A DNA stretch of 64,000 nt from Bacteroidota bacterium (GCA_029262835.1 JAJCYQ010000049.1:16793-80792); one strand, 5' to 3'. Counted from the stretch's first letter, positions 1 to 10,800 are shown. Program-made: numbers and translations. The notes: a model not told the origin generated them from the letters alone.

Positions 1-857
1 GAAATGTACTGGACACCGGTCTCGGCAATGGGCCGCACGGTCGTGAGGTCCACGTTTCCGGATGCTTCGGTCTCGAGCCGCCCGGCAACGCGCTTTACGG
101 CCGCTGCCAGCTGCGAGGTGTCCACTCCGCCCGCCGACGGCTGCGCGAAGTTGTCCAGCATGACGCGATCGGCACCCCCGTGTTCCAGCACCTCGTCGAG
201 TTCATCGAGCGACGTGACTTCGATTTCTATTTTCGGGTCGATGCGGCGCGCGTCGCCAGCACGGTGGGCCAGCGCCCCGTCGAGCGCCGCGTGTATGCTG
301 CCAGCAGCGGCTATGTGATTTTCCTTGATGAGATACATGTCCCAGAGCCCGTGTCGGTGGTTCTGCCCACCCCCACAGCGGACGGCGTGCTTGTCCAGAT
401 CCCGCATGCCAGGGGCCGTTTTGCGCGTGTCGAGGATCGTGGCCTCTGTGTCGCCGATGGCGCGTACAAACGCGGCGGTCAGCGTGGCAATGCCGCTCAT
501 GCGCTGCAGTACGTTGAGGGCGGTGCGCTCGGCGGCGAGGAGCGCCCGGGCGGGGCCATTGATGGTTGCCAGGTACATGCCGGGCGAGACCGGGTCGCCA
601 TCGCCCGCATGCCACGTGACGTGCAGGTCGCAGCTCACATAGCGGAAAATGCGTGTGGCAACGTCCGTACCTGCCAGCACACCGGTCGCCTTGGCCGTGA
701 TGATTCCGCGGCCCGACAGGTCCTCGGGAACGGTCGCGCCGGACGTGATGTCGCCGCTTCCCAGATCTTCGGCCACGACGCGGGCAATCCACGCGTCGAG
801 GTAGTGGTCCATACCCGTCTTGTGATCCGCGCCTGTCATGTGATCCGCGCCTGTCAT
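1..857 (-). CDS. nadC: nicotinate-nucleotide pyrophosphorylase (quinolinate phosphoribosyltransferase); 3' end lies beyond the left edge
   Basis: Hand translation of the minus frame (absent from the ORF track because it runs off the window): MTGADHMTGADHKTGMDHYLDAWIARVVAEDLGSGDITSGATVPEDLSGRGIITAKATGVLAG ... TILDTRKTAPGMRDLDKHAVRCGGGQNHRHGLWDMYLIKENHI. This is the NadC signature. The ATG at 857 overlaps the upstream stop (ATGA). Confidence 0.9.
   Translation of the reverse strand, partial: MTGADHMTGADHKTGMDHYLDAWIARVVAEDLGSGDITSGATVPEDLSGRGIITAKATGVLAGTDVATRIFRYVSCDLHVTWHAGDGDPVSPGMYLATINGPARALLAAERTALNVLQRMSGIATLTAAFVRAIGDTEATILDTRKTAPGMRDLDKHAVRCGGGQNHRHGLWDMYLIKENHIAAAGSIHAALDGALAHRAGDARRIDPKIEIEVTSLDELDEVLEHGGADRVMLDNFAQPSAGGVDTSQLAAAVKRVAGRLETEASGNVDLTTVRPIAETGVQYI
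822..857. repeat. perfect 18-bp tandem duplication (GTGATCCGCGCCTGTCAT x2) spanning the nadC start
   Basis: Checked base by base. It duplicates the ATG and the first six codons (MTGADH MTGADH). Confidence 0.95.
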
Positions 858-1330
858 GCGTCCGGCCCGGATACGAGGGCCACAAGCTCAGGTGGAGCAG
901 AGACCGGTCGGCCGCGGCTACGGTCCATGAAGCAGAGCACGACATGAGCGGTAATACATACGCCTTCCTGGCCCTGCCTCAGAACCTCGTAGTCGAACCG
1001 GATACGCGTTGCTGTTCGGTTGAGCGACCAGGTGACGTGGATATCGACCAGGTCGTCGTACCGGATGGCACGACGATAGGAGACCGCCAGGTCGACGACA
1101 GGCATGTCCATCCCGCTTTCGTGCAGTTCAAGGTAAGACGCTCCCATGCTGCGCAGCGCTTCTGTGCGGGCCTCCTCGAACCAGTCTATGCAATGGGTGT
1201 GGTAGACCACCCCCATCGGGTCACATTCCCGGAAACGAACGCGATGGGAATGCACGTGTACCCGGGTTTGAGCGTCAGCGTCGGCAGGTACGTCGGTGCG
1301 GAATGAGGCCATGCGCTGGTTCTTCGACAC
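854..1330 (-). CDS. acyl-CoA thioesterase, 4HBT/YbgC-like hotdog fold
   Basis: 158-aa ORF with HRVRFRECDPMGVVYHTHCIDWFEEART, typical of YbgC/FadM-type thioesterases. Start is GTG 1330 or ATG 1312. It begins 4 nt after the accA stop. Confidence 0.8.
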   Translation of the reverse strand: MSKNQRMASFRTDVPADADAQTRVHVHSHRVRFRECDPMGVVYHTHCIDWFEEARTEALRSMGASYLELHESGMDMPVVDLAVSYRRAIRYDDLVDIHVTWSLNRTATRIRFDYEVLRQGQEGVCITAHVVLCFMDRSRGRPVSAPPELVALVSGPDA

Positions 1331-1334
1331 GCTT

Positions 1335-2321
1335 TCAGGCCTCCTCCCAGGCGCCCATGACGGAAAACTTTGCGAGCCGCTCGTCAGTCAGTACAGCGCC
1401 GTCCTTCTCTGAGAGTTCCGCCAGGTTTCGGGCTATGGCCGTGCCGAGCTTTGTGAAACAGAAGGACGGGTCCCGGTGGGCGCCGCCGAGCGGCTCCGGC
1501 ACGATTTCGTCAATAATACCGTGCTCAATCAGGTCAGGAGCGGTGAGCTTGAGGGCCCGTGCCGCATCTTCTTTGTAATCCCAGCTGCGCCACAGGATGG
1601 AGGAGCAGCTTTCCGGGGCAATAACCGAGTACCAGGCATTTTCAAGCATCAGGATGCGGTCTCCAACGCCAATCCCGATGGCCCCGCCCGATGCGCCCTC
1701 GCCGATTACAGCCACTACGATGGGAACCGGCAGGCGGGACATTTCGAGCAGATTCCGGGCAATGGCTTCCGCCTGGCCGCGCTCCTCGGCCTCCATTCCC
1801 GGAAACGCGCCGGGCGTATCGAGCAGCGTAATGATGGGGCGGCCGAATTTGGCGGCCATTTTCATGAGCCGGAGTGCTTTCCGGTAACCCTCCGGATTGG
1901 GCATGCCGAAACGGCGGTACCTGCGGCTCTTGGTGTCACGCCCTTTCTGATGTCCCAGGATCATGACGTTCTGGTCCGAAGTGCCGTAGCGCGAGCCCTT
2001 GAATGTAGCGAGTCCGCCTACGAGCGCTGTATCGTCACCAAAGAGGCGGTCTCCGTGCAGCTCCACGAAGCCTTCGGTCATGGCTTCAATGTAATCGAGC
2101 GTATATGGCCGCTCTGGATGCCGCGCAATCTGGACGCGCTGCCAGCGCGTCAGGTTGGTATAAATGGAGGTGCGCAGCTCGGCGACGCGCTGTTCCAGTT
2201 TTTCAATACTGGCCAGCAGCTCGGGGGCCGGATCCTCGGAGCCGACCTGACGCATTTCGTCGAGCTTGGCTTCCAGCTCGGCGAGCGGTTTTTCAAATTC
2301 CAGCAGGATGGTTTTTTTCAT
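1335..2321 (-). CDS. accA: acetyl-CoA carboxylase carboxyltransferase subunit alpha
   Basis: 328-aa ORF with the full-length AccA pattern ([64 protein letters not shown]). Its ATG overlaps the stop of the upstream gene (ATGA). Confidence 0.95.
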   Translation of the reverse strand: MKKTILLEFEKPLAELEAKLDEMRQVGSEDPAPELLASIEKLEQRVAELRTSIYTNLTRWQRVQIARHPERPYTLDYIEAMTEGFVELHGDRLFGDDTALVGGLATFKGSRYGTSDQNVMILGHQKGRDTKSRRYRRFGMPNPEGYRKALRLMKMAAKFGRPIITLLDTPGAFPGMEAEERGQAEAIARNLLEMSRLPVPIVVAVIGEGASGGAIGIGVGDRILMLENAWYSVIAPESCSSILWRSWDYKEDAARALKLTAPDLIEHGIIDEIVPEPLGGAHRDPSFCFTKLGTAIARNLAELSEKDGAVLTDERLAKFSVMGAWEEA

Positions 2322-4519
2322 CTCAGGCTTACGGCCACGATATCAAGGTCCGTGGCGAGCGATTGGTGCATGGCATAGAACCAGTAGGCATTCCTGATTT
2401 CATCGGGGGTCAACTCTTCAGCGTCCATGGTGTTCGTACCGGGGTTCATCACAGGAAACATTCCCGGTCGGATGGCCCACGACGCAGGCAGCAGCTGCGC
2501 GTGTTCGGGCGCCGAGCCCACCAGGGCGAGGCGCCCCCGGGCAACGGCCGTCAGTTCGGGCAGGCGGTCCATGAGCGCCCGCACTACGGACTTCCGGCGC
2601 AAAAGGCGCGAAAGGGGCCACATGGCGGGTGCCGTAGCCAGGACCGTCAGGGCCAGGAGACGGTGGGTGGCACGCCGCATGGCGGGTGAGCGCGGCTCTT
2701 CGACGGCCTTGAGCTGCGAGAGCAGGCTGGCCACCGACACATGGGCAATGGTGGACTTTCCGACGACGTGTTCCTGCCCCTCGCTGAACATGCGGAACTG
2801 GACGCCGAGATCGTTCAGTTCGCGCATCAGGGTGAAGATGACCTGGTTCGGAACGTCCTGCGCGGCAAAAACAATGTCCGAGAACCCCCGAAGCCTCACC
2901 AGGTCGCGCAGCTGCGATGGGGAGCCGAGGAGCGGCGGACCGGCGCCCCCCTCGACCGCCCTGCCAGCGTCCACGGCCCCGCCGGGACCGGTTCCCATTG
3001 TCTGGGGGCCAGAACCGCGATCATCCCCGCCGCCCCCCGCCGCCCCCGCGCCGCCACTGGCCGCCGTCGGGTCAGAAACAGCGCCGCTGCTGGCCGCCGT
3101 CGGGTCCGCACCCGCGCCGCCCCGCCCCGCCGAACCCGCGCCCTCGCCGCGTCGCGGCTCGGTCGCACGCACATATCCCTCCACGTGGAAAGGGGGGCTC
3201 GGATGCCGCTTCAGCAGGCCCGCAAGCCGGGTCGCCTCGCCCCACCCCCCGACAACGAGCGCGCGGCGCGATCCGCGTCGCCGGGCCGACAGCCAGGCGT
3301 GCACGGCCAGCAGCGCGATCACGGAAAGGGGCAATCCGAGCCCGATGACCCACCGGGAATAGGCAATGTTCTGCACGAAAAAGGAGAGCGTTCCGATCAG
3401 CAAAAAACCGGACGTTGTGCCGAGCACCGTTGCCCGCACCGTGCGCTGCGCCGAGCGCCGGTACGCGCCGGCGAGCGCCATGCCGACAACCGAGGCCAGA
3501 GCGGTCACCGGGACAATGGTCGCGTAAAACCGGGGAGCGAACGATACATCCGGGGCCAGGAAGCGGATACCCCCGAGCACACCGGTCGTAGCCGCGACCA
3601 CGAGCGCATCGACCAGAGGCCTTCGGACGCGGCGGGTCACGTTGCCGCACAGCGTAAGTGCGGCGCGCAGCACGATCCCGATCCGCAGGAAAAGGGTCAG
3701 AATCCGCATACGCCGTTGGCGCCCGCCCGCCTCCAGATGCTTCTCGATGAAGAGCAGCATGGCGCCGTAGAACAGCTTGACGTAGCGGACTTCCCCTTTT
3801 TTGGTGCTTTCTCCCTTGTAGTGGATGATCTGTGTGCCGGGCGTGTAGCGGATGGTCCAACCCGCTTCCTGGATCCGGAAGCAGAGGTCGAGGTCCTCGC
3901 CGTACATGAAAAACTCCTCGTCGAACAGGCCAGCCGTGTCCAGTGCGCGGCGGCGGACCATCATGCACGAGCCGGAGAGCGCGTCGACCTCGCAGGCCTC
4001 CGTTTCCGGGATGAATGTCATGTTGTAGCGCCCGAACGTGCGGCTCTTTGGGAAGACGCGGGCCAGCCCCGTCATGCGGTAGAAGGCCGTTGACGGCGTC
4101 GGGAACGAGCGGCGACTCTCGGGCGCGAAACTGCCGTCGGGATTCAGGATTCGGCATCCGGCCGCGCCGCAGTCGGGGTGCGCGCGCATGAATGCCAAGA
4201 AATGCGTGAGCGTGTCTTCCTGGACAATCGTGTCCGGATTGAGAATGAAGATGAACTCTCCCCGGGCCTGGCGTATGGCCTGGTTGTTGGCGCGCCCGAA
4301 TCCTGCGTTTTCGCGGTTGGCAATGACATGCACATCCGGGAAAGTTTCGCGTACCGCCGCAACGGAGTCATCGATCGAGTTGTTGTCGACCACCCAGACC
4401 TCTGCCTCTACGCCGCGCATGGCATGCTGCAGGCTGCGAAGTGCCTGCACCAGGAACTCGCGCACATTGTAATTAACGATGACGACCGAGACATCGATCG
4501 TGGCGTCCTGTGTATGCAT
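2318..4519 (-). CDS. family 2 glycosyltransferase fused to a polytopic membrane region and a degenerate bacterial sugar-transferase-like C-terminus
   Basis: The ORF track extends to 5413, but codons upstream of 4519 are antisense to the MATE gene. The ATG at 4519 gives [18 protein letters not shown], followed by GT2 motifs ([29 protein letters not shown]). Next come about 6 hydrophobic helices, a Rossmann-like stretch ([17 protein letters not shown]), a Gly/Ala-rich insert, and a tail with LALVGSAPE...IRPGMF. Confidence 0.8.
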   Translation of the reverse strand: MHTQDATIDVSVVIVNYNVREFLVQALRSLQHAMRGVEAEVWVVDNNSIDDSVAAVRETFPDVHVIANRENAGFGRANNQAIRQARGEFIFILNPDTIVQEDTLTHFLAFMRAHPDCGAAGCRILNPDGSFAPESRRSFPTPSTAFYRMTGLARVFPKSRTFGRYNMTFIPETEACEVDALSGSCMMVRRRALDTAGLFDEEFFMYGEDLDLCFRIQEAGWTIRYTPGTQIIHYKGESTKKGEVRYVKLFYGAMLLFIEKHLEAGGRQRRMRILTLFLRIGIVLRAALTLCGNVTRRVRRPLVDALVVAATTGVLGGIRFLAPDVSFAPRFYATIVPVTALASVVGMALAGAYRRSAQRTVRATVLGTTSGFLLIGTLSFFVQNIAYSRWVIGLGLPLSVIALLAVHAWLSARRRGSRRALVVGGWGEATRLAGLLKRHPSPPFHVEGYVRATEPRRGEGAGSAGRGGAGADPTAASSGAVSDPTAASGGAGAAGGGGDDRGSGPQTMGTGPGGAVDAGRAVEGGAGPPLLGSPSQLRDLVRLRGFSDIVFAAQDVPNQVIFTLMRELNDLGVQFRMFSEGQEHVVGKSTIAHVSVASLLSQLKAVEEPRSPAMRRATHRLLALTVLATAPAMWPLSRLLRRKSVVRALMDRLPELTAVARGRLALVGSAPEHAQLLPASWAIRPGMFPVMNPGTNTMDAEELTPDEIRNAYWFYAMHQSLATDLDIVAVSLR
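3057..3106. repeat. 17-bp direct repeat (CTGGCCGCCGTCGGGTC) at 3057-3073 and 3090-3106, period 33 nt, inside the GT2-fusion linker
   Basis: Read directly from the sequence. It encodes a duplicated DPTAAS(S/G)GA peptide in the Gly/Ala-rich insert. Confidence 0.9.
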
Positions 4520-4534
4520 GGGGACGGGCTTCGA

Positions 4535-4544
4535 CGAATATTCG
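4535..4544. promoter_or_regulatory. perfect 10-bp palindrome CGAATATTCG in the 51-bp divergent gap between the GT2-fusion and MATE genes
   Basis: Seen in the sequence. Its position in a divergent promoter region suggests, but does not show, a regulator site. Confidence 0.25.
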
Positions 4545-4570
4545 GAAAGATACGCCGTATACTCCCGGCC

Positions 4571-5935
4571 ATGCGTAAAGTCCATGCCTACAGGAGTGAA
4601 GTTGTGCGCACCATGTCGCTTGCTGTGCCCATCGTGGTCACGCAACTGGCGCACATTTCCATGAGTTTTGTCGATACGATCATGGTTGGTCGCCTGGGCG
4701 CCGACGAACTGGCGGGCGTGGCGCTGGGAAACACGGTGTTTTTCAGTATGCTGATCTTCTGCATGGGTATTCTGATGGCGGTGGGGCCCATGGTCTCGCA
4801 GGCGTTCGGCGCCGGCGACACAGACAGCGTTGGCCGATCGGTGCGGCAGGGGCTCTGGATGACGATCATTCTCGGGCTGGTCGGCTTCGTACTCATCCGC
4901 AACGCGGACATTTTCCTGCAGCTGACCGGCCAGACGCCCGCCAATACGGCCCGCAGCGTGAGCTATCTGGATGCCATCGGATGGGGGGTCTTTCCCTTCC
5001 TGGGCTTCGTGGCGCTGCGCAGCTTCATGGAGGCGGTGGCGCGGCCGCGGATTGTGACGGCGATTGCCCTTCTGGGGGTCGTATTGAATATCGGTGCCAA
5101 CTGGGTGCTCATGTACGGCCATTTCGGATTTCCGGCCATGGGTCTCGTGGGAACGGGATGGGCATCGACCGTCGTCTTCACGTTCAATTTCCTGGCGTTG
5201 CTCGTGATTGTGGCCAGGAACCGTTCGTTCGATGTCTACGGCATTTTTTCCCGGTTCGGACGGCCCGATCCTACGTATTTCAGGGAGCTCATCCGCATAG
5301 GCTGGCCCATTGGGACGTCCATGGGGGTGGAGATGGGCCTCTTCATGGCCACTGTCCTTATGATGGGGTGGATCTCGACAACGGCGCTCGCCGCTCATCA
5401 GGTAGCGCTTCAATGTGCTGCATTTTCATTCATGGTACCGGTAGGCATTGGCATGGCTACGTCCGTCCGCGTTGGTCACAGTGTAGGTGAGCGTAATCCG
5501 GAGGGTGCTCGAAGGGCTGGCCTTGCCGGTATGGGCCTGAGCGCTGGGTTCATGGCGGTGGCTGCCCTGTTCTTCTGGCTCGTTCCCGAGCTGCTCGTCG
5601 GGTTGTACATTGATACGTCCCTGGCGTCGAATGCACCGGTCGTAGAACTGGCTGTCAGTCTATTGGCCTTCGCAGCGGTCTTCCAGGTCGTCGATGGCAT
5701 CCAGGTCTCGGCCATGGGGGCGCTCCGGGGACTGAAGGACACGCGGGCTCCCATGGTGCTTGCGGTGGTATCCTACTGGGGGCTGGGGCTGACATCCGGG
5801 TATGTTCTTGCCTTTCACGCCGGTTTTGGCGAACAAGGTCTGTGGATGGGCCTCGTCGTAGGTCTCGCCGTCGCGGCGGTCCTGCTTTCGCGACGTTTCC
5901 TCGTGCATGTCAGGGACGGTTCATTTCACATATGA
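4571..5935 (+). CDS. MATE family efflux transporter
   Basis: 12-TM protein with N-terminal LAVPIVVTQLAHISMSFVDTIMVGRLGADELAG, typical of NorM/MATE. ATG 4571 was chosen (4613 is the alternative). The listed ORF start at 4178 is antisense to the GT2 gene. Confidence 0.85.
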   Translation: MRKVHAYRSEVVRTMSLAVPIVVTQLAHISMSFVDTIMVGRLGADELAGVALGNTVFFSMLIFCMGILMAVGPMVSQAFGAGDTDSVGRSVRQGLWMTIILGLVGFVLIRNADIFLQLTGQTPANTARSVSYLDAIGWGVFPFLGFVALRSFMEAVARPRIVTAIALLGVVLNIGANWVLMYGHFGFPAMGLVGTGWASTVVFTFNFLALLVIVARNRSFDVYGIFSRFGRPDPTYFRELIRIGWPIGTSMGVEMGLFMATVLMMGWISTTALAAHQVALQCAAFSFMVPVGIGMATSVRVGHSVGERNPEGARRAGLAGMGLSAGFMAVAALFFWLVPELLVGLYIDTSLASNAPVVELAVSLLAFAAVFQVVDGIQVSAMGALRGLKDTRAPMVLAVVSYWGLGLTSGYVLAFHAGFGEQGLWMGLVVGLAVAAVLLSRRFLVHVRDGSFHI

Positions 5936-5945
5936 AAAGGGTCAG

Positions 5946-7100
5946 ATGAGTGTCCTGTTGTTCATTCTGGGGCTGCTGCTGCTCATAGCCGGAGCAGAAA
6001 TCCTGGTCCGCGGGGCATCGAGTCTTGCGGTAGCGTTTGGCATGTCTCCGCTCGTTGTGGGCCTGACAGTGGTCGCCTTCAGTACCAGTGCGCCGGAACT
6101 GGCGGTGAGTGCAAAAGCGGCGCTCGCGGGCGATTCTGGCATGGCGCTCGGCAACGTGGTGGGCAGCAACATCTTCAATGTGCTGTTCATTCTCGGGGTT
6201 TCGTCGCTCATTGTGCCGCTCGCGGTGTCCCGGCAGCTCATCCGCCTGGATGTGCCACTCATGGTGGCGCTCTCGGCGGTGTTGATTCTCATGAGTCTGG
6301 ACGGTCGCCTCTCGTCTGTGGATGCCGGCCTCCTGCTCGTGTGTCTGGTGGCGTATGTGGGTTTCTCTGTCTGGCAGGCGCGTCGCCAACCAGGGCGTGG
6401 AGTCCCGGATGGTGCGCCCCCACAGGACGCTGCGCTGGGCCAGGGCGGTGGCACATCACAGCATGGCGACGCGCCGCCACCCGATGTGGCGCTGGCTGTG
6501 CCGGCCGGGTGGGGCTGGGGGCGAAGCGCCACGGCGGTAGTGGCGGGACTGGTTCTTCTGGTTCTTGGCTCGCGGTGGCTAGTGGAAAGCGCTGTTGCAT
6601 TTGCTGGAATGCTGGGAGTGAGTGAACTCGTCATTGGCCTCACCATTGTAGCCGCTGGTACCTCGCTGCCTGAGGTCGTCACGTCGATTGTGGCTGCCGT
6701 GCGGGGCGAGCGTGACATGGCGGTTGGTAACGTCGTCGGTTCGAATATATTCAACCTGCTGGGCGTCGTGGGGCTGGCTGGCCTGCTGGCACCGTCCGCC
6801 ATCGAGGTCCCGAATGCTGTTGTGGGATTCGATATGCTGGTCATGGGCGGCGCCGCACTGCTTTGCCTGCCGGTTTTCTTCTCGGACGGGACCATCAGCC
6901 GGTGGGAGGGGGCACTGCTTCTTGGTTTCTACGTCCTGTATACGGCGTACCTCATTCTGGATGCATCGGGTCACGACAGCCTTCCAATGTATAATCGCCT
7001 GTTTTTATTTGGTATCCTGCCTGCATCTGTCCTGGCCGTGTTGGTGCCGGCGTGGCGACAGGCCGTGCGGTTGCGCGAGGGCGGAGACGGTACTGTTTGA
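5946..7100 (+). CDS. Ca2+/cation antiporter (CaCA, YrbG-like)
   Basis: Two alpha-repeats, GNVVGSNIFNVLFILG and GNVVGSNIFNLLGVVG, separated by a Pro/Gly/Ala-rich loop. ATG 5946 follows the MATE stop at 5935. Confidence 0.85.
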   Translation: MSVLLFILGLLLLIAGAEILVRGASSLAVAFGMSPLVVGLTVVAFSTSAPELAVSAKAALAGDSGMALGNVVGSNIFNVLFILGVSSLIVPLAVSRQLIRLDVPLMVALSAVLILMSLDGRLSSVDAGLLLVCLVAYVGFSVWQARRQPGRGVPDGAPPQDAALGQGGGTSQHGDAPPPDVALAVPAGWGWGRSATAVVAGLVLLVLGSRWLVESAVAFAGMLGVSELVIGLTIVAAGTSLPEVVTSIVAAVRGERDMAVGNVVGSNIFNLLGVVGLAGLLAPSAIEVPNAVVGFDMLVMGGAALLCLPVFFSDGTISRWEGALLLGFYVLYTAYLILDASGHDSLPMYNRLFLFGILPASVLAVLVPAWRQAVRLREGGDGTV

Positions 7101-7124
7101 AATGTAACTTTCATTGTTACATTT
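7100..7124. promoter_or_regulatory. palindrome AAATGTAAC-N7-GTTACATTT upstream of actA
   Basis: 9-bp perfect arms read from the sequence, AT-rich with no T-tract. It starts at the last base of the CaCA stop codon and lies 116-140 bp upstream of the actA ATG. Confidence 0.4.
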
Positions 7125-7239
7125 ATTGCAGCCGCAAACGAGCCCGATTCGGAGTAAATTCAACGTCCCATGCGTCGCGCCTGTGCGAAAAATTTGGTAC
7201 GTTTGGGGATCTGTCTGTTAAACCCCACCTGACACCTGC

Positions 7240-7887
7240 ATGGCGCAGATTTTCAGTCGCAAAGCGAACGCCCTTCCCACGCTGTCCCTGATGGCAGCAC
7301 TTGGAGGTGGCGTTTTTGCCATTTTTGCCATTTGGTACTTCTTCTCTCCGGAATACACCGACGTCGGTTATGCGCCACCGCAGCCGGTTGAATACAGCCA
7401 TCGGCTGCACGCCGGTCAGTTGGGACTGGACTGCCAGTACTGCCATACGCAGGTGACCAATGCCGCGTTTTCAAACGTTCCGGCGACACAGACCTGCATG
7501 AATTGCCACAGCCAGATCCGGACCGAGTCGGTGAAGCTGCTTCCCGTCAGGGAAAGCTGGGTGACAGGTGAGTCAATCGAGTGGGTCAAGGTGCACAAAC
7601 TCCCGGACTACGCCCATTTCAGCCATGCTATCCATACCAATAACGGCGTCGGTTGTGAGACGTGTCATGGCCGCATTGACCAGATGGAAGTGGTTTCCCA
7701 GGTAGAACCCATGAGCATGGGATGGTGCCTGGAGTGTCATCGCCAGCCTGAACTCTTCCTGCGCCCGGATGACGAGATCACGACCATGGGGTACGAGCCC
7801 CCATCGGACTATGTGCAGCAGAACCTGCTCCGCGTCGCCAACGAGAAGATTCTGCCGCCCACGAATTGCTCTGCCTGCCACTACTGA
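7240..7887 (+). CDS. actA: alternative complex III subunit ActA (pentahaem cytochrome c)
   Basis: 215 aa with an N-terminal TM anchor and five CxxCH motifs (CQYCH, CMNCH, CETCH, CLECH, CSACH). It is the first gene of the act string. Confidence 0.9.
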   Translation: MAQIFSRKANALPTLSLMAALGGGVFAIFAIWYFFSPEYTDVGYAPPQPVEYSHRLHAGQLGLDCQYCHTQVTNAAFSNVPATQTCMNCHSQIRTESVKLLPVRESWVTGESIEWVKVHKLPDYAHFSHAIHTNNGVGCETCHGRIDQMEVVSQVEPMSMGWCLECHRQPELFLRPDDEITTMGYEPPSDYVQQNLLRVANEKILPPTNCSACHY

Positions 7888-7893
7888 TTCATC

Positions 7894-10800
7894 ATGATCG
7901 AGCTTCCAGTCATTGATGCTGTGCCATCGGGGGATGACGCAAAGTCTCCCAGAACCCGTTTCTGGCGCAGCGTGAGCCAGTTGGAGCGCTCTTCCGATTT
8001 CCGGGAGATCGCCACCAACGAATTCGTCCCTGGTGCATCAGCGTCCCCGGGTGGGGCATCGAGGCGTCAATTCCTCCAGGTCATGGGCGCCTCCATGGCG
8101 CTGGCCGGGCTCACGGCGTGTCGCCGTCCGGTCGAGACTATTGTACCGTTTTCCCGTCCACCGGAGCACCGGATTCCCGGTGTACCGGTGAACTATGCCA
8201 CATCCATGCCATTTCGGGGGGCGCTTCGGCCGCTGCTCGTAGAGAGCACCGATGGCCGGCCGACGAAGATCGAGGGCAATCCGGACCATCCGGAGGTCCA
8301 GGGCGCATCGACCGCGCTTGAGCAGGCGGCGCTCCTCGGGCTCTACGACCCGGACCGTTCCCAGCATGTTCTTCAAGGAGGCGAAACGTCCGACTGGAGC
8401 GCCTTCAAGCAGGCCATGGGTGCACTACCGGCGTCATCCCGCCTCGTCGTGATGGCCGAGCCGGACTCATCCATGACCATGGCGCGTCTGCGCGAGGAAC
8501 TGCGCCAGGCGTTTGCCGATGTCCAGTTTGTTGAATACGATCATGCCACGGCGCGCCGCGTTTCGCGAGGATATGCGGCAGCTTTCGGGCGCCCGGTTCG
8601 CCCTGTACACAATTTTTCCAAGGCCAGCATCATTCTGTCGCTGGATGCGGACTTCCTGTCGCCCACGGATCCGGATGCGGTCTGGAACACGCGGGAGTTC
8701 TCACGTAGCCGCCGCGTTGAGGAAACGGGCTCCATGAGCCGGCTCTACGCGGTCGAAAGCGCCTACTCCATCACGGGCGGCATGGCCGACAACCGCCTGC
8801 GCCTGAAATCGGGGGACATCGGGGCTTTCGCGGCCGCACTCTCGGAAGCGCTTGGCCTGCACTCGGCCCGCGTGCCCGCCTTCGCGGACCATGCGTGGAT
8901 CGCGGAGCTGGCGCGTGAACTGCGCGCCGCCGGAAGCGGCGCGGTCGTTGTGGCGGGCGACCATCAGCCGATGGAAGTACACACGCTCGTTGCGGCCATC
9001 AACCGTGAACTCGGCGCCATTGGTAATACGGTCACACTGCTCGATGCAGGCGATGCCGCGTCGGATATGCACGAGGAGATGGACGCCGCACTCGGCAGCC
9101 TGAACGCCGGGAATGTGGATGTTCTCGTGACACTCGGCACCAACCCGCTCTACGATCATCCCGAGCTGGCCAGTGCGTTTTCCAAAGCCGCGACACGGGT
9201 CCATGTGGGGCTGTATGTAGATGAGTCGGCGGCCGGCGCCACATGGCACGTACCCGAGACACACTTTCTCGAAGCCTGGGGAGACGGGCGTTCACGCCAG
9301 GGGCATGCCGCTGTGATTCAGCCGCTGATTGCACCGCTGTACGACGATGCCCACTCGGCCATTGAAGTCATGGGCCTCATGGCCACGGGAAGCGAGCAGT
9401 TCGGCTACGATCTGGTGCGCGGTACATGGCGGAACGTCCTCTCTGGCAATTTCGAAAAGTCCTGGCGCAAAATTATCCACGATGGATTCCTGGCCGAGGA
9501 TGCCTTCACGGCCGTTACGCCGTCTCTGGACGGCGCTGCCGTTGCGGCAGCAGCTACGGGGCTGGCTGGGACGTCGGCGCCCGAACTGGAAGTCATTGTG
9601 CGCCACGACAGCAAGGTGTTTGACGGGCGTTTTGCCAACAACGCCTGGCTGCAGGAGCTGCCCGACGCCACGACGAAGGTCGTCTGGGACAACGTGGCGG
9701 CGATGAGCCCGGCAACAGCCGAGAGGCTCGGCGCCGAATCCCGGCTCGACGGCGGAAAATATTATACCGATACGGTTACAATCAGCGTCGGTGGCGCATC
9801 GGTCGAGCTGCCCGTCTGGATCCAGCCGGGTATTGCCGAAGGGTCCATCCAGGTGACGACCGGTTATGGCAGAAGCATCGCATCGACCCGGGAAGAACGC
9901 AAAACGAACCTGTTCGACCTGGATGATTACACGGATGTGTATGGAAAGGGTGCCATCGCGACGGGTGTGGGATCGAATGTGTCACCGCTCATGCAGGGCG
10001 GTGGGCGTATTCTGTCGGCAACGGTAGCGAAAGCGGGTTCGGGCTATATGGTGGCCTCGACCCAGGATCACGGAGCCATTGAAGAGGAGGGGGCCGAAGT
10101 GGCGCGCCGCGGCCTGTTCCGCATGGCAACGATGGAGGAGTACCAGGCGAATCCGGATTTTGTGAAGGATTCCGAGCCGGCTCCCATCAAGGAAGACTGG
10201 ACGGACTACCCGGCGCTCTGGCAGGACAACCATCCGACGTTGTCGCCGGAAATGCAGAATACGCTCTACAGCGCGCAGCAGTGGGGCATGGTCATTGACC
10301 TGAACACCTGTACGGGATGCAATGCCTGCGTGGTGGCGTGCCAGTCGGAAAACAATATCCAGGTGGTGGGCAAGGAAGAGGTGGCGCGGGGCCGCGAAAT
10401 GCACTGGATCCGGCTTGACCGGTACTTTGTGAGCGGAGACGGGGCGAGCTTTGAGGATCCGCAGATGGTGCTCCAGCCCGTTCCCTGCATGCACTGTGAG
10501 AATGCGCCGTGCGAGCAGGTCTGCCCGGTCGCGGCGACGGTCCATTCGCCCGATGGGACGAACCAGATGATTTACAACCGCTGCATCGGGACGCGCTACT
10601 GCGCGAACAACTGCCCGTACAAGGTGCGCCGATTCAATTTCTTCAACTGGTCAAAGACACTCCCTGCGGCGACGCACATGGCGCAGAACCCGAACGTGAC
10701 TGTGCGCTCACGTGGTGTGATGGAGAAGTGCTCGTACTGTATTCAGCGTGTGCGTGAGGTCAATAAGCAGGCCAACATCGAGGAGCGTCCGATCAAGGAC

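Noticed and set aside
180-947. ORFs 180-947(+) and 202-945(-) overlapping nadC
   Set aside because: The third minus-strand frame, which is not listed because it runs off the window, translates to a textbook NadC. These two ORFs are off-frame or antisense shadows of it.
4520-5413. 5' extension of the GT2-fusion ORF (listed as 1031 aa)
   Set aside because: The extension is antisense to the MATE transporter and has noise-like composition. The GT2 domain begins right at the ATG at 4519.
7198-7205. TACGTTTG matching the Bacteroidota -7 promoter consensus TAnnTTTG, 35 nt upstream of actA
   Set aside because: There is no properly spaced -33 TTTG element, the motif is not seen upstream of other genes in this window, and promoter rules for this lineage are uncertain.
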